Positions 30,392 to 32,000 of a stretch of DNA of 32,000 nucleotides are shown here, piece by piece. The first letter of the stretch is position 1, and every line of letters begins with the position of its first letter. A model generated the notes under the pieces. That model ran no database searches and had not been told where the DNA came from. It saw only the letters and a program-made list of their open reading frames with translations. The stretch lies in sequence record OZ273763.1. The stretch is one strand, 5' to 3'. The position numbers and the translations under genes are program-made.

Positions 30392-30556
30392 ATGCCACAA
30401 CTAATACCTTTTTATTTTTTAAATCAATTATCTTTTGCATTTTTAACTTTAATTACTTTAATTTATGTATTTTCTAAATATATTTTACCTTTATTTACAT
30501 TTCAACAAGTAACGAGAATGTATATTACTAAATTAAGTATAAATAATAAAACTTAA
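30392..30556 (+). CDS. atp8: ATP synthase F0 subunit 8 (54 aa, below the ORF-track length cut-off)
   Basis: Manual translation: [58 protein letters not shown](I/V)PFY is the hallmark ATP8 N-terminus. Confidence 0.92.
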   Translation: MPQLIPFYFLNQLSFAFLTLITLIYVFSKYILPLFTFQQVTRMYITKLSINNKT

Positions 30557-30640
30557 TTTAATAGTATTTTAATATTTATAAACAATATTAATAAATAAAA
30601 TTTTAAATAAACATAATACTATATTACTTATTATCCCCTA

Positions 30641-30651
30641 CTATTTTATTA
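30641..30651 (+). promoter_or_regulatory. C-core motif TTATCCCCTAC, 89 nt 3' of the atp8 stop
   Basis: C4 run in A/T context on the coding strand. Confidence 0.5.
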
Positions 30652-30841
30652 ATATTATTAAATAATAATATTATATTGTATTAGATTAAATATATCATAA
30701 TTATTTAAAATTTAGTGTATTAATAACAAATAATAATAAACTAACAATTAAATAAATAGTATAATACACCTTTTGTAAATATTCTTTTAAAAATATATGT
30801 ATAAATCTTAAAATATAAATTAAGTTAATAATTATATTAGA

Positions 30842-30894
30842 TATTTTAACAATTAATTTGACATTATTAACAATATAATTTAATTGTTAAAATA
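30842..30894. repeat. 15-bp inverted repeat tattttaacaattaa ... ttaattgttaaaata with a 23-nt spacer
   Basis: Arms verified base by base. Confidence 0.6.
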
Positions 30895-31069
30895 GATCAT
30901 TGTCTGTAATTAACCTAATATTATTTAAATATAACATAAATTTTATTATCATTAACTAAAAGATAATAATACATTATTATATACACTATTAGTTATTTTT
31001 AATATATTATTATCAGTAAAAGGTTAATCTAAAGATGTGGATTTACTAGGTTGAACGTTTATAGTTAAT

Positions 31070-31080
31070 AAATCCCCTAA
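31070..31080 (+). promoter_or_regulatory. C-core motif AAATCCCCTAA in the long non-coding stretch after atp8
   Basis: Same form as the copies at 22794 and 27947. No annotated gene lies immediately upstream. Confidence 0.35.
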
Positions 31081-31307
31081 TTCATAAGCTTTTAAATTTC
31101 ATTAAAATATTTCATTTTATTAATCATGATACCTTTAATGTAGTATAATTATTAATATTTAATATATTAGTTGTAGAATATAAAATATTTCTATTAGATT
31201 CCAATTGTAAATTTTCTACTTTATTAGTATTAATACTAATCAAACTTGTATTTATTAATATTAAATATGAGGATGGAAATATAAAAGAAGATAAATTAAT
31301 TGTTAAA

Positions 31308-31333
31308 TGACTAATAAGTATACTTATTAGTCA
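31308..31333. repeat. perfect 26-nt palindrome tgactaataagta|tacttattagtca
   Basis: Arms verified base by base. G/C-containing, located in the gene-free region after atp8. Confidence 0.8.
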
Positions 31334-32000
31334 CTCTACTTACTACTACTTGTATTACATTTTTAGAATTTCTAATTGTAAAATTATCAGAGATATCAAA
31401 TGATTACCTATTTAAAAAAGTACCAGTTATTCTATTATTAGTGAGAACATTTATAATATTTATTATTACAGTTCTATTTAAATTCATGTAATGATATTCA
31501 GTATTATTCATATTATAATTTATAGAAAAAAGTATTATCAAATAAGCTAATGTTATTGTATTCTTGTTTATATTTTATATGAATTAGTCTTACCACGTAT
31601 ATTAAATATTTCTCTTTCTGATTAAATGAAATATTTATTATCTATAAAATTTAATATTAATAATATAAGTTACATGTTATAGTAATAGTAATATTAAAAT
31701 ATCTTCTATTACTTATATATATATATTATAAATAAACTTATATAATCTATATATAAATATACAACTTTAATTATAATATATAATTTTTATAGATAATCTT
31801 TTATAACCAATTACTTTACTATCCTTAATCTATAATATAATAAATAATAAATTTTAATTTAAAATTATTAAATTTATTATAATTAAATTATAAATGTATA
31901 AAAGAATAAAATAAATATATTTATTATTAAAATAATACTTTAATAATAAATAATAAGAATATAAATAACATTAATTTTAATAAAACCTAAAATTTAAATA

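Overview
This window is a very AT-rich fungal-type mitochondrial genome segment, with almost everything encoded on the + strand and no introns or homing-endonuclease ORFs visible. Core genes, in order: cox2 (3' part), atp6, rps3, nad2-nad3, rnl, cob, cox3, nad4L-nad5 (1-nt overlap), nad4, nad6, atp9, nad1 and atp8 (too short for the ORF track). I folded 13 tRNA genes by hand: K, Y, M, S, C, I, R, W, D, G and H on +, L(UAG) and V(UAC) on -. cox1 and rns are absent, so the window is not the whole genome.

The ORF track used the standard code. TGA must be read as Trp (table 4): nad1 is one continuous gene across an in-frame TGA at a conserved Trp position. Two orphan ORFs also become long single frames, orf360 (10068-11150) and orf374 (12053-13177).

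Main points of interest:
1. TGA(Trp) codons are rare and concentrated in the orphan ORFs, yet the only tRNA-Trp in the window has anticodon CCA.
2. An accessory island between trnC and rnl holds orf360, orf374 and a frameshifted partial duplicate of orf374.
3. A 134-nt, about 95% identical direct repeat forms a shared leader immediately upstream of rps3 and orf360.
4. A strand-specific C-core motif (WWAWCCCCW) follows almost every transcription unit. Reverse-complement copies sit where opposite-strand units converge. I read it as a candidate 3'-end processing signal.
5. orf245, the only long ORF in the window on the - strand, looks like a coiled-coil plus transmembrane protein.
6. Several perfect G/C-containing palindromes lie just 3' of genes.

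All coordinates for tRNAs, motifs and repeats come from manual reading and may be off by a nucleotide or two.
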